Positions 55,004 to 64,000 are shown, counted from the stretch's first letter. The stretch is 64,000 nt of DNA from Zestosphaera tikiterensis (GCA_003056265.1 NBVN01000004.1:133587-197586); one strand, 5' to 3'. The notes: generated from the letters alone by a model not told the origin. A program made the numbers and translations.

Positions 55004-56113
55004 ATGTCGGGTGGTGGGGATAAGGAGAGGAGAGTTAAGGAAATTGATGCTGAGTTAGAACGTGTTGAAGAGTATCTTAAGAAGACTGTGGTGGGTAGGT
55101 GTGAAGTTCACCAGATTACGTTAGGGATGGTTGTTCACAGTGGTTGTGTTTTGAAGTGTTTTGAATGTAGTCATTACGATACTTTAGAGCTTTACCGGAG
55201 TTATGGGGAGGTAGTGAAGGAAGCAGAGAAATATGCCTCGATTTTAGACTCCCTTAGGGAGGAGAGGGCTTCACTCATAAAGTCTGGTGAGGATAGGTTT
55301 GATGAGGGGAAGTTTTACTTAGCTGGGTCTAGACATTGCTGTGAAGGGGTTGTCGCGACCGTTGAGGAGAAGCCTGAAGGATATGTGGTCATAGGTCTTA
55401 AAGACGCTAAGGTAGGTGAGGAAAGGTTTAACTTCATATATGCGAGGATATCGAGAAGGACCTTCCTAACATATAAAGACGTGTTCACACCACATACTAA
55501 GTTAAGGTTCCGTGCTGAAGCATACCTTAGGAACGTTGGTACGTACTACGAAAGCATAGCGTTAAGGAGGGTCTCCACACTTGAAGTGGAGAGGGATGGG
55601 TTGTGGGTTAAACCGGAGAAATCAGGTCTAGAGGATTTAAAGCAGGAACTCCTTAAAGAGAGGGAATCCCTTAAAACGTATGTTGAGCAATGGATGAGTT
55701 ACGTTAAGGAAAGTTCTAACGCGTTTTTATATGGCAGAGGGATTGCTGTAGCTTTAAAACTTGCGAGGAAATCCCGCGATGTAGAGTACGTTAAGGAGGT
55801 GGAGACTGACTTAAAGGAACTCATTAAGAGCTGGTTAAGCAGTACAGCATCGCTTAACGTAGTTAGCATTGAAGAATTAAGTAGGGTGTTAGGTGTGAAG
55901 ATTAAAAGAAGAAGCGGTAAAGCAGAAGCTTTAAAAGACGTATTACTTAAACCTTCAGAAGAAGACGTTGAGGAAGTAATGAACGCAGCCGTTAAGATTT
56001 TCAAATATGTGCGGCGTGAGAGTGAAAGAAGAGCTCAAGACCTAGAGTGGAGGAAATTCCTTAAACAGAAGGTGTTAACTCTAATTCAAAGAGGTCTTGA
56101 AGGAAGTAAGTAG
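55004..56113 (+). CDS. Hypothetical protein with N-terminal Cys/His cluster and coiled-coil segments
   Basis: 369 aa. Features include CEVH...C..C.EC, a beta-rich central region (possibly OB-like) and a helical, charged C-terminus. No family was recognised. Confidence 0.5.
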   Translation: MSGGGDKERRVKEIDAELERVEEYLKKTVVGRCEVHQITLGMVVHSGCVLKCFECSHYDTLELYRSYGEVVKEAEKYASILDSLREERASLIKSGEDRFDEGKFYLAGSRHCCEGVVATVEEKPEGYVVIGLKDAKVGEERFNFIYARISRRTFLTYKDVFTPHTKLRFRAEAYLRNVGTYYESIALRRVSTLEVERDGLWVKPEKSGLEDLKQELLKERESLKTYVEQWMSYVKESSNAFLYGRGIAVALKLARKSRDVEYVKEVETDLKELIKSWLSSTASLNVVSIEELSRVLGVKIKRRSGKAEALKDVLLKPSEEDVEEVMNAAVKIFKYVRRESERRAQDLEWRKFLKQKVLTLIQRGLEGSK

Positions 56114-56266
56114 TGAATTTAATGAACGTTAAACCAACGGTTTTCTAACGCGATGAGGCTGTAGCGGAACCTAACGTTGGTGGAGGTCTATATGTTTTAA
56201 GCATAGCTAAATAAACAAAAACCTAGGATGTATATTAAAGGGAGGAGGTCAGGGGAGGTAGTTTAA

Positions 56267-56794
56267 ATGTTTAATTTGATAGTGATTCACGAGCCGGGTT
56301 CAGACAATTGGAGGTGGGTTAGGAATCAGTTAAGGCAGCTTTTAGGTTCTTCAGCGAGATACATATCTTCATATCAGTCCGTAATTCTATATTCAGTTGA
56401 TGGAGACCCTCACGTAGTTGCTGAAGATATTAGGGGGAAGTTAGCCGTTAGCGGGACGCCAGTAATTAGGGTTATCCCCGTTGACGTGGTTGTTGAGCCC
56501 TACATAGATAAAGTAGTTAAGGCAGTTAAGGAGTTAGCTGTTAAAATACCTCCTAACGACACGTTCAGGATAACTATGCAGGGCCATATCTTCGGCTACA
56601 CGTCAGAGGGTAGAAGGTATTTAATGCATACCTTGGAAGCCATTAAAGAGATTGCGGAGTATGTCGACAGGCCTGTAAACCTTGAAAACCCGTCGTGGGT
56701 CTTACTAATTAAAGTCGTTAAGTTCATGAGGGGTAGGAGGTTAGCGAGCATATCGCTTCTTAAGCCTGAAGAGTTAAGAAGGATTGCGGTGTAG
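56267..56794 (+). CDS. THUMP-domain-like protein
   Basis: The pattern IRVIPVDVVVEP...TFRITMQG...VNLENPSWVLLIKVV fits the THUMP fold. This was not verified by a search. Confidence 0.55.
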   Translation: MFNLIVIHEPGSDNWRWVRNQLRQLLGSSARYISSYQSVILYSVDGDPHVVAEDIRGKLAVSGTPVIRVIPVDVVVEPYIDKVVKAVKELAVKIPPNDTFRITMQGHIFGYTSEGRRYLMHTLEAIKEIAEYVDRPVNLENPSWVLLIKVVKFMRGRRLASISLLKPEELRRIAV

Positions 56795-58202
56795 GTTTGT
56801 GAGGAGGCTCTTCGGAACCGCAGGCATTAGAGGTCGTTACCCTGACGAGATAAACCCTCAATTAATAGCTGAGGTTTCAGCCTCTATAGCGACGTTCTTT
56901 AAAGCCCGTAAATGTGCTTTAGGCGGTGACGGCAGACTCACGACACCCATACTTAAGCATTCAGCAACCGTAGGTTTAGCCAGCGTAGGTGTTGACGTGA
57001 TTGACGTGAGTTTAACGCCCCTACCCGTCCTAGCATGGAGTACTTCCAAACTTAAGTGTGACTGCGGTGTTTACATAACGGCTTCCCACAACCCACCACA
57101 GTATAACGGCTTGAAAGCCTTCCGCGGGGACGGTATGGAATTACTTGAGGACGACGAGGTTAGGGTTGAGGAGATTTACTTCAGCAGGTCTTGGTCTTCG
57201 GTTGAGTGGTTTAAAGTAGGTCATGTTGAGATCGTTCCTTACGTAGTTGATGAGTACGTTGCTGAGCTTACTTCAAGACTTACACCTAAGGAAGTTAAGT
57301 TAAAACCTAAGGTTTTAATTGACTTAGCCAACGGCGCCGCGTCTTTAGCCACGCCTAAAGTGCTTGAAGGTCTGGGAGCGCACGTTATAACGCTTAACGC
57401 AAACATCGACGGTAGATTCCCAGGCAGGAGTCCGGAGCCAAGATCGGATGTTTTAAAGCCCTTCCTACCAGTTGCGAAATCTTTAGGTGTTGACGTGTTT
57501 CTAGCGCATGATGGGGACGGTGATAGATTAGCTGTTTTAAGCCCTAACTTAGGGTTCATCAAGCAGGATAGGGTAATAGCCCTTCTAGCCAAGTACGTTT
57601 TAAGTGTGAGGAAAGGCTCTGTCGTAGTCTCTATAGACGTAGGTAACGCAGTTAAAGACGTTGTTGAGTCTTTAGGAGGTAAGTTAATAGTGGTTAAGCT
57701 GGGTTTAACTCATGAGGGGCTGGTTAAGCATGGAGACGTAGTTATGACTGCCGAGCCTTGGAAGTTTATAGACCCTAGCTGGGGTCCTTGGGTGGATGGA
57801 ATCTATAAAGCATCGTTGATAGTTAAGCTAATGATTGAGGAAGGTAAAAACATAGATAAGTTAATGGAGGGTATACCAAACTACCCTCAAGCTAGGATAT
57901 CAGTTGAGGTTCCGAAGCATTTGAGGGAGTACGTATATGAAGCACTTCAGAATAAGCTCCTAGAGGGTGGTAGAGGTATTTCAGAAGTCATAACTATAGA
58001 CGGCTTAAGAGTTAACTATCTTGACGGCTCGTGGATGTTGATTAGAAAGTCAGGTACGGAGCCTAAGATAAGGATCTACGGAGAGTCCCTAACATTCAAC
58101 GAGTTGAAGAAGAGGGTTGACGATCTAATCGTAGTCGTTGACAAGGTTTTAAAGGATAGGGGGGTTCACGAATTTAAAGTTGAGGGTGAAGTACTTCCTT
58201 AA
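56784..58202 (+). CDS. Phosphohexomutase (phosphoglucosamine/phosphomanno/phosphoglucomutase family)
   Basis: Active-site loop TASHNPPQYNG, metal loop HDGDGDR, and a C-terminal RKSGTEPKIRIY loop. Confidence 0.85.
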   Translation: MRCRFVRRLFGTAGIRGRYPDEINPQLIAEVSASIATFFKARKCALGGDGRLTTPILKHSATVGLASVGVDVIDVSLTPLPVLAWSTSKLKCDCGVYITASHNPPQYNGLKAFRGDGMELLEDDEVRVEEIYFSRSWSSVEWFKVGHVEIVPYVVDEYVAELTSRLTPKEVKLKPKVLIDLANGAASLATPKVLEGLGAHVITLNANIDGRFPGRSPEPRSDVLKPFLPVAKSLGVDVFLAHDGDGDRLAVLSPNLGFIKQDRVIALLAKYVLSVRKGSVVVSIDVGNAVKDVVESLGGKLIVVKLGLTHEGLVKHGDVVMTAEPWKFIDPSWGPWVDGIYKASLIVKLMIEEGKNIDKLMEGIPNYPQARISVEVPKHLREYVYEALQNKLLEGGRGISEVITIDGLRVNYLDGSWMLIRKSGTEPKIRIYGESLTFNELKKRVDDLIVVVDKVLKDRGVHEFKVEGEVLP

Positions 58203-58890
58203 TATCTTCATCGAATTCTATGATGTACTTAACGCTTCTATTCCCTTCTCTTATCCTACCTAAAGCTTCAGCAGCTAAAGTAAATGCTTTCCTCGGGTTT
58301 TTAGAGACGCCAACACCTACTTTAACCCCGTCTGCCTCTATAAGCACGTTTAACACGTCGTTTAAGTTTTCTAAATCCGCTATAACTACTAGGTTATCGC
58401 CTCCTAAATATTGCGTTATGGCCGTCCTATAGAGCTTCGTTATGTAGGTATGCACTAACTTCATCACCTCTACGTAGGATCTATAAACACCTAAGCCTTT
58501 AGTCATCTCCGTAAAGTAGTTTAAATCTGCGTGAGCGACCACTATAGGTTCTGAAACGCATGTGTTTGAAGTTGATGGTCTGTTTAAACCCTCCACCACT
58601 TCCTTAATCTTACCGCAGAAGATGAGGACGTTAACTAGTGTTGGGGCGTAATGCTTTAAAGCTTCAACCAAGCCTTTAGTGAACTCCTCTTTATCTATGT
58701 TTTCGGGTAGTAACGCTAGTTGATAATCAAATCTTAAAGGTAGTGCGAGGCCTCCGAAGCTAGCTACGTAGTTTTGAATTACCTGATAGTTTTTAGCCTG
58801 TGTTAACTGTATAATCCACTCCCTATCATTGCCTAACGATTCAGTCCACTCTCTATAACCTACGAACTCTATGTAAGCTATTGAAGGCAT
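58174..58890 (-). CDS. arfA: GTP cyclohydrolase III (GGDN family; archaeal riboflavin/F420 pathway)
   Basis: N-terminal IAYIEFVGYREWTESLG and a YLGGDNLVV (GGDN) motif. Adjacent to ribH. Confidence 0.7.
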   Translation of the reverse strand: MPSIAYIEFVGYREWTESLGNDREWIIQLTQAKNYQVIQNYVASFGGLALPLRFDYQLALLPENIDKEEFTKGLVEALKHYAPTLVNVLIFCGKIKEVVEGLNRPSTSNTCVSEPIVVAHADLNYFTEMTKGLGVYRSYVEVMKLVHTYITKLYRTAITQYLGGDNLVVIADLENLNDVLNVLIEADGVKVGVGVSKNPRKAFTLAAEALGRIREGNRSVKYIIEFDEDIKEVLHPQL

Positions 58891-58901
58891 TAGTCACTCC
58901 T

Positions 58902-59387
58902 TCAATCAATCACTATAGACTGACCTTTATATTGAGTCGTTCGTAACTTACTAACTCGCTTAACCATCTTAACAGCCGCTTCAACAGCCCTCCTAGCGTA
59001 GTCTTCAACCCTCTCCAACGCTTGAGATCTTGAAGCGCCGGGACCTATTATCCCTAAAGTTACTGGTTTGCCTGACTCCACACTTATATCCATGACCTTC
59101 CTGGCTGCTTGATGACCTACAACTTCATCGTGTTTCGTCTCACCCTGTATAATAGCCCCTAAAGTAACCACCGCATCTACGTCGTCTTTAGCCACTAACT
59201 CCTTAACGGCTAGAGGTATTTCAAAAGATCCAGGTACTTTAACAACATAAGTAACTTCAGCCCCTAAGAATGAAGCGTGGTCTAAAGCCTTCTGAAGCAT
59301 TAAAAACGTTATGTCGTAGTTAAACTCAGCCACTACCAACGCAAGCCTAACCATGTTAACCCACCTAAAACTAAAAGACATAAGCAA
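58902..59387 (-). CDS. ribH: 6,7-dimethyl-8-ribityllumazine synthase
   Basis: [18 protein letters not shown] and [15 protein letters not shown] signatures. The true start is likely at MVRLALV (about 59354). Confidence 0.85.
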   Translation of the reverse strand: MLMSFSFRWVNMVRLALVVAEFNYDITFLMLQKALDHASFLGAEVTYVVKVPGSFEIPLAVKELVAKDDVDAVVTLGAIIQGETKHDEVVGHQAARKVMDISVESGKPVTLGIIGPGASRSQALERVEDYARRAVEAAVKMVKRVSKLRTTQYKGQSIVID

Positions 59388-59858
59388 ATTTAAGTAGTTG
59401 ACGTTAAATATCTCTCCAGTAAGCTTCTTAACAAACCTTACGCGAAAAAGCTCTTTACGTTTGGGAACCTTCTTTACTGATTCCCTCCAGGAACTTCTGT
59501 ATTTTTTCCTTAGGTAGTGAAAGTAAAGGCTTCTCTGGTAGGATGCCTTGAGGTCTGAATAACGCTATAGCGACTATAACCAACCCCACTAATATGTATT
59601 CAAGCCATTCAGGCGCTATAGGCAATACGGCTGAGATAACGCCTTTATACACGTATATCATCGTTCTAACAACAACAAACGTTAAAACACCTAAGAACAC
59701 ACCTACGTTGTTTCCTGTACCGCCAAGCATCATGAAAGCCCAAGGCCAGAAAATCCACGTTAACCTAGTGTAGGTTACCAACCGAAAGCCTCGCCTTTTA
59801 AGGCGGGGATGGGGATTTTTAAGGTTTTGTATACTGTAGTATATTTCGGGGCTCAGCC

Positions 59859-61217
59859 GTGGAGGGCTACTCTCAAGCAACCGCACGTCTTCAGGAAGTC
59901 TCCGTTCCTACTCTATGCTCTCCACGGCTGGTTCCTGTGTATAGGAGAACCTGTGTTGTCCGGCTGATACCAGATAGGGATGCTGAAGCAAAGCTGAAGG
60001 CTCTATGTAGTTTAGCGTCTAAGCTGTGGAATGAGGTTAACTATGCTAGGAGACGCCAGTTCTTCGAGGGTAAAGGAGTCAATATAGAAGAGACATACAG
60101 AGAATTCTACGGGAAGTATAAGGCACTAATAGGTTCGGCAACAGCTCAGCAAGTACTCAATAAGAATAATGAAGCTTGGAGATCCTTCTTCGAATTACTG
60201 AAAGCTAAGAAAGAAGGAAAGCTACCACCATACATAACAAGGGTTAATCCACCCGGATATAAAAAGAGGGGGAAGGTTAGAGAGTTATGGGTTGTGTTGA
60301 GAAACGACCAATACAGAATTGAGGGAGACAAGATCATCCTGAAAGGATTAGGAGTCATAGGGAGTGTAGAAGTAGGATACAGAGGGTTAATCCACTTAAA
60401 GGGTAAGCAGGGCAGGCTTGAAATACATTACGACCCAGACGAAAGAAGGTGGTACGCATACATATCCTTTGAGGTTGAGAAGAAAGCCATTAGGGGTGTG
60501 TGGAGAAAGATTCCACAGACACCTAGAGGCGATTTAAGAGCTGGAGTAGATATCGGTGTAAACAACTTGTTCGCAGTATATGTGGAAAACGGTGCATCAC
60601 TTCTCATTAACGGTAGACCACTAAAGTCCATGTCCCACTACTGGAGGGAGAAAATTGCCAAATATCAAAGCACTATTAATAAGTATAGAGTTAAATCATC
60701 ACGAAAGCTTAGGCTAATGTATAGGAAGTGGCGTAATCAAGTAAAGAGTTTTATGGATACGCAAATTAGAAGACTCGTTGAGCGACTCTACGAGATCGGG
60801 GTTTCAACAGTTTACGTGGGCTACCCTAAGAATATTGCTCAAGAAAACGGGAACTTCAATAATGTACATGTGTGGAGCTACGGTTATCTGCTGAGGAGAG
60901 TAGGTGAAGTCGGCGAAGAGTATGGGATATCAGTTATATTTGTTGATGAATCTTATACATCTACAACATGCCCAGTACACGGTAATGAGTGTGGAAGGAG
61001 GATATCTAGGGGATTATTCAAGTGCACAAAGCTAAACAAAATATTCAACGCAGATATAGTTGGAGCACACAACATTCTGGTCAAGGGACTATCCATAACC
61101 CCAAGTCCCCGAGAGGGGATAGGGGTAATGGGCTGGAGACCCAGCCCAGGGCTAAACGAAGCGGATGTAGCCCCAAACCTCCCCGCCCTAACAACATCAA
61201 GAACCCTCATCCTTTAG
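59859..61217 (+). CDS. tnpB: TnpB (IS605 OrfB family)
   Basis: 452 aa. Motifs: GVDIGVNNLFAV, zinc ribbon CPVHGNEC...C, NADIVGAHNI. Confidence 0.9.
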   Translation: MEGYSQATARLQEVSVPTLCSPRLVPVYRRTCVVRLIPDRDAEAKLKALCSLASKLWNEVNYARRRQFFEGKGVNIEETYREFYGKYKALIGSATAQQVLNKNNEAWRSFFELLKAKKEGKLPPYITRVNPPGYKKRGKVRELWVVLRNDQYRIEGDKIILKGLGVIGSVEVGYRGLIHLKGKQGRLEIHYDPDERRWYAYISFEVEKKAIRGVWRKIPQTPRGDLRAGVDIGVNNLFAVYVENGASLLINGRPLKSMSHYWREKIAKYQSTINKYRVKSSRKLRLMYRKWRNQVKSFMDTQIRRLVERLYEIGVSTVYVGYPKNIAQENGNFNNVHVWSYGYLLRRVGEVGEEYGISVIFVDESYTSTTCPVHGNECGRRISRGLFKCTKLNKIFNADIVGAHNILVKGLSITPSPREGIGVMGWRPSPGLNEADVAPNLPALTTSRTLIL

Positions 61218-61234
61218 GACGGGGAGGAGGTCAG
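61085..61234 (+). ncRNA. Putative omegaRNA (reRNA) scaffold of IS-3
   Basis: The 3' end of tnpB plus the right end are conserved at nucleotide level with IS-2 and MITE-A2, with stem-loops gggctggagacccagccc and a terminal GC-rich hairpin. The expected guide is the flanking tgctttcatacttcctgtgt. Confidence 0.5.
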
Positions 61235-61629
61235 TGCTTTCATACTTCCTGTGTATATAGCCCATAAAGCCCCTCCAACCGCGGCCATAGCACCGCCTAC
61301 GACTAAGGTTTGAGGCCTTATCTTTACGATGTCCTTACCGTAAACAGAAGCCGCTACTTCAGCGTCTCTAACAGCCTTTAAAACCCTGCCGAAGGGCGAT
61401 CTGAAGTACCTCTCTGCTATCAGAAATATGATTAAGGCTATCCCAAGTATTATGAAGGTAGCACCGCTGAACCTAGCGGTACCTAAGAATCTGAAGAAGT
61501 CTGGAACGTTAACTCCGGTAGTACCGCCGACTAACGGTTCGTAATTCCAAGCTATGTTCATTAAGACATCACCGAAAGCTAGTAAGGTTATCCCTAGGTA
61601 CGCCTCCCTCAACCTTACTGCTGGATACG

Positions 61630-61764
61630 CGCATAGGTAGCCGATTAGGCCTCATAGGTGATTTTGCTTACCTGTTAGTGAGTGGAGCGATAAAATATGA
61701 GGGAGACCCGCAAGAGCTCTTAAGCCATCCTGAGTTTGGTAAGCTATACTTAGGCGTTGCTTAA
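61630..61764 (+). pseudogene. C-terminal stub of a LivF/LivG-type ABC ATPase
   Basis: Hand translation ...LIGDFAYLLVSGAIKYEGDPQELLSHPEFGKLYLGVA* matches the typical LivF tail. No Walker motifs lie upstream. Confidence 0.45.
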
Positions 61765-61878
61765 GACAATAAGCTTTAAAGAATCCTCCATTCTTTTCTT
61801 CATAAATTTCGTTGAGGATATCCTCACGTATTATAGGGAGTTAAAAAGCGTTAAATGCTGTAGTTCAGCATATTTAAG

Positions 61879-62523
61879 TTGGGGGTTGCCTTCGTGGGTG
61901 GTAAGGAGGTGTTTATACATCCCACTGCGGTAGTTGAGGAAAACGTCGTTATAGGGGCGGGAACGCGTATATGGCATTTCGTCCATGTGAGGAAGGGGGC
62001 TAGGATAGGGAGGAACTGCAATATCGGTAAGGACGTCTACATAGACGTTGACGTAGTAATAGGGGATAACGTAAAGATTCAAAACTTTGTTTCTGTGTAT
62101 AGAGGCGTTACGATAGAGGACGATGTTTTCGTTGGTCCTCACGCAACATTTACTAACGATCTATACCCTAGGGCCTTCAACGAAAGTTGGGAGTTAATAC
62201 CGACTAAGGTTAAGAAAGGTGCTTCCATAGGCGCTAACGCCACGATAGTATGTGGGGTGACGATAGGCGAGTATTCAATGATTGGAGCCGGTGCTGTAGT
62301 AACTAAAGACGTCCCACCACACGCTTTAGTTGTTGGAAATCCCGCTAGAATAGTAGGTTTCGTATGTTTTTGCGGTAGACCATTAAGAGATGAAGACCTC
62401 ATCGCTAAAGATGAGAATTCAGTAATTTTTAAGTGTCGATACTGTGGTAAGGAAGTTAAAGTAAGCAAGGAAAGTTATGAAGAGTATTTAAGCAATAAAC
62501 ATCTCAAGCAAACTGTAAGGTAA
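61879..62523 (+). CDS. Left-handed beta-helix (hexapeptide-repeat) sugar N-acetyltransferase, WbpD/WlbB-like, with a C-terminal zinc ribbon
   Basis: Hexapeptide repeats (IGAGTRIWHFVHV, IGDNVKIQNFVSV, IGANATIVCGVTIG) and VVGNPARIV, followed by CFCG...CRYCG. Confidence 0.8.
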   Translation: MGVAFVGGKEVFIHPTAVVEENVVIGAGTRIWHFVHVRKGARIGRNCNIGKDVYIDVDVVIGDNVKIQNFVSVYRGVTIEDDVFVGPHATFTNDLYPRAFNESWELIPTKVKKGASIGANATIVCGVTIGEYSMIGAGAVVTKDVPPHALVVGNPARIVGFVCFCGRPLRDEDLIAKDENSVIFKCRYCGKEVKVSKESYEEYLSNKHLKQTVR

Positions 62524-62615
62524 CGGCTACACATAACGTCAACCGTCTTTACTTAGTATAGACGATCGTTAATGTTTATTAAGTCCTATTAAACCTCATT
62601 AATGAGGTTACATAT

Positions 62616-62867
62616 ATGAACCGCGATGAAGACTTTATCGAGGTTTACGGTGAGTATATATCACTTAAAGAGTTGGGTGTAGCTACCTTGATCTCCTCGG
62701 CCCTAGCCTTCACATTTTACTTCATAACGCCCTACATAGCTAGGTCTTTAGGTATGGCTAATGTGGTAGGAGGTCTTACAGTTACGTTAGGCGTTGTAGG
62801 AGCTACTTTAGGATTTGTGATATCGCTCTTCATGACTAAAGTCAAGAGGGTTGTTGAGGAGGGATGA
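62616..62867 (+). CDS. Small two-TM membrane protein (possible TctB-like small subunit)
   Basis: 83 aa with two hydrophobic helices, directly upstream of the TctA-like gene. A 9-bp perfect palindrome aacctcatt/aatgaggtt precedes the ATG. Confidence 0.4.
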   Translation: MNRDEDFIEVYGEYISLKELGVATLISSALAFTFYFITPYIARSLGMANVVGGLTVTLGVVGATLGFVISLFMTKVKRVVEEG

Positions 62868-62872
62868 ACGTA

Positions 62873-64000
62873 TGGACTTAACTATGATTTTACTTATGAC
62901 TTTCTTAACCCTTATCTCAACTATACTCTACATATTCATAGGTATTTTACCCGGTACTGACGAAACCGCTACGATGGCTCCCATAGCTTTAACTTTATTA
63001 CTTGCGGGTGTCGATCCCTTATTGGTTTTCGCGTGGTTTATGGCCAGCATAGCAGCTTTTAAAATGGCTGATAGCATACCGGTGGCTTTAGCTGGGATTC
63101 CAGGGGGTGTTATGGCTGTTCCTCAAGTTCCGGACGCTCTCGTAGCGAAGGAAAGCGGGTTGGCTGACACGATACTTAGGAAAGGCATTTGCTCTAGCGT
63201 TATTGGGCAGTTTGTGGGGTTATTCACAGCACTTACGCTTTCCTACGCTTTAATGCCTTTAGGTGATTGGCTTAGGGCTACGGACTTAATCTTAGGCGTT
63301 AAAGTTGCTAGGTGGTTTTGGTTAATCCTAACTGGTTTAATCATCTTGGCTTTAACATCTAGGAATAGATGGATAGCTTTAATTTCAATACCCGCTTTCG
63401 CACTTCTCGTGCAGGGCCTCAGAGGTGTTTACGGTAAGTCTGTATATATAAGCTTCTTCCTAGGGATTACCATAGGGCCTTTAATCTACGAGCTTGCCTC
63501 CGTACTTAATAAAGAACTTAGGAAAGACTACGTTAGGCGGGGACTTAAGAAAGTTACCTTAGCGAGGATAGGCGGGATAAGTTTAAACCCGCTTAAAAAC
63601 TTAACTAAGGAGGAAGCAGCTCACAGTGCTGTATGGTCTGCAATAACTTCAGTTTTAGCTACAGTTATGTCGCCCGTCGGGTTAACCATATTAATAGGTG
63701 ACATCCTCAGAGAGAGTAAGAAGGATAAGGTTAAAGGTTCAGTTCTAGCTTACACGGTTAGAGACGCTATTAAAAACGCTACATACGTCGGTGGGACTTT
63801 AATACCTTTAATCGTTATAGGGGTTCCAGTAGGGCCTATGAGTGCTGGTCCCGCAGCACCTTTCTTCCAGAAGATAGATTCCTTAGGTATGTCCCCAAGG
63901 GAGTATCTACTAACTCACTACGATTACCTAACGTTAACTATCGTTGCGTTTGCTTCTTCAGCATTGGCTTTCCTCATATCCTATCCGGTGTTGGTTAAGT
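62873..64000 (+). CDS. TctA-family tripartite tricarboxylate transporter large subunit (3' partial, runs off the window)
   Basis: The frame was hand-checked as open from the ATG at 62873 to the window end (376 codons). It is polytopic and has the GILPGTDETATMAPIALTLLL N-terminal signature. Confidence 0.65.

Larger units (their letters stand above)
59779..61234 (+). mobile_element. IS200/IS605-family element carrying tnpB only (IS-3)
   Basis: The left end caaccgaaagcctcgccttttaaggcggggatgggg lies directly 3' of TTAC (59775-59778). The right end cctttaggacggggaggaggtcag ends at 61234. Confidence 0.8.
59455..61612 (-). pseudogene. livM: Branched-chain amino-acid ABC permease (LivM-like) split by IS-3 and truncated at its 5' end
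   Basis: The upstream fragment 61235-61612 reads ...LVGGTTGVNVP...SPFGRVLKAVRDAEVAASVYG...GALWAIYTGSMKA. The downstream fragment 59455-59778 reads VTYTRLTWIFWPWAFMMLGGTGNNVGV.... The ORF extensions into the IS are junction artefacts. Confidence 0.7.

Noticed and set aside
61831-62468. Minus-strand ORFs 61831-62142 and 62139-62468
   Set aside because: They are antisense to the well-supported hexapeptide-repeat acetyltransferase gene and have no recognisable motifs.

Overview
This 64-kb window looks like chromosome from a hyperthermophilic crenarchaeon, probably Thermoproteales-like. That placement is inferred from gene content: archaeal DnaG, family-B DNA polymerase, NAC, aCPSF2-type beta-CASP RNase, Lhr helicase, GTP cyclohydrolase III, frequent GTG/TTG starts and four tRNAs with encoded CCA. 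All calls come from reading the sequence and the ORF track by eye; no searches were run.

The housekeeping backbone covers:
- replication (dnaG, polB, lhr)
- riboflavin synthesis (ribH, arfA)
- sugar activation and glycosylation (NDP-sugar transferase, Dpm1-GtrA, PGM/PMM, LbH acetyltransferase)
- a purine/pyrimidine amidohydrolase triad
- a Dpp-type ABC importer
- a very large surface (S-layer-like) glycoprotein

The most striking feature is heavy colonisation by TnpB-only IS200/IS605-family elements. There are three intact copies and one decayed copy, and no TnpA is present. At least six short TnpB-less derivatives (PATE/MITE-like) reuse the same hairpin ends. One of them keeps the omegaRNA-like right end.

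These elements interrupt or truncate at least six genes:
- a PPC/DUF296 gene
- an M20 peptidase
- livM
- an FtsX permease
- a CARDB-like gene
- a retropepsin-like protease

Most insertions sit next to a TTAC/CTAC-like motif.

Other notable content:
- Five toxin-antitoxin-type modules: HEPN-MNT, MNT with a decayed HEPN, DUF104-PIN, and a UPF0175-PIN-UPF0175 sandwich.
- A RavA/ViaA-like AAA+/VWA pair split by one of these modules.
- Two coiled-coil heptad-repeat proteins, one with a nuclease-like C-terminal domain.
- Two paralogous RCK(TrkA)-MscS-like gene pairs.
- A textbook box C/D sRNA.
- A pair of ~305-bp inverted repeats bracketing ~13.7 kb.

No CRISPR array, rRNA or integrase was seen.
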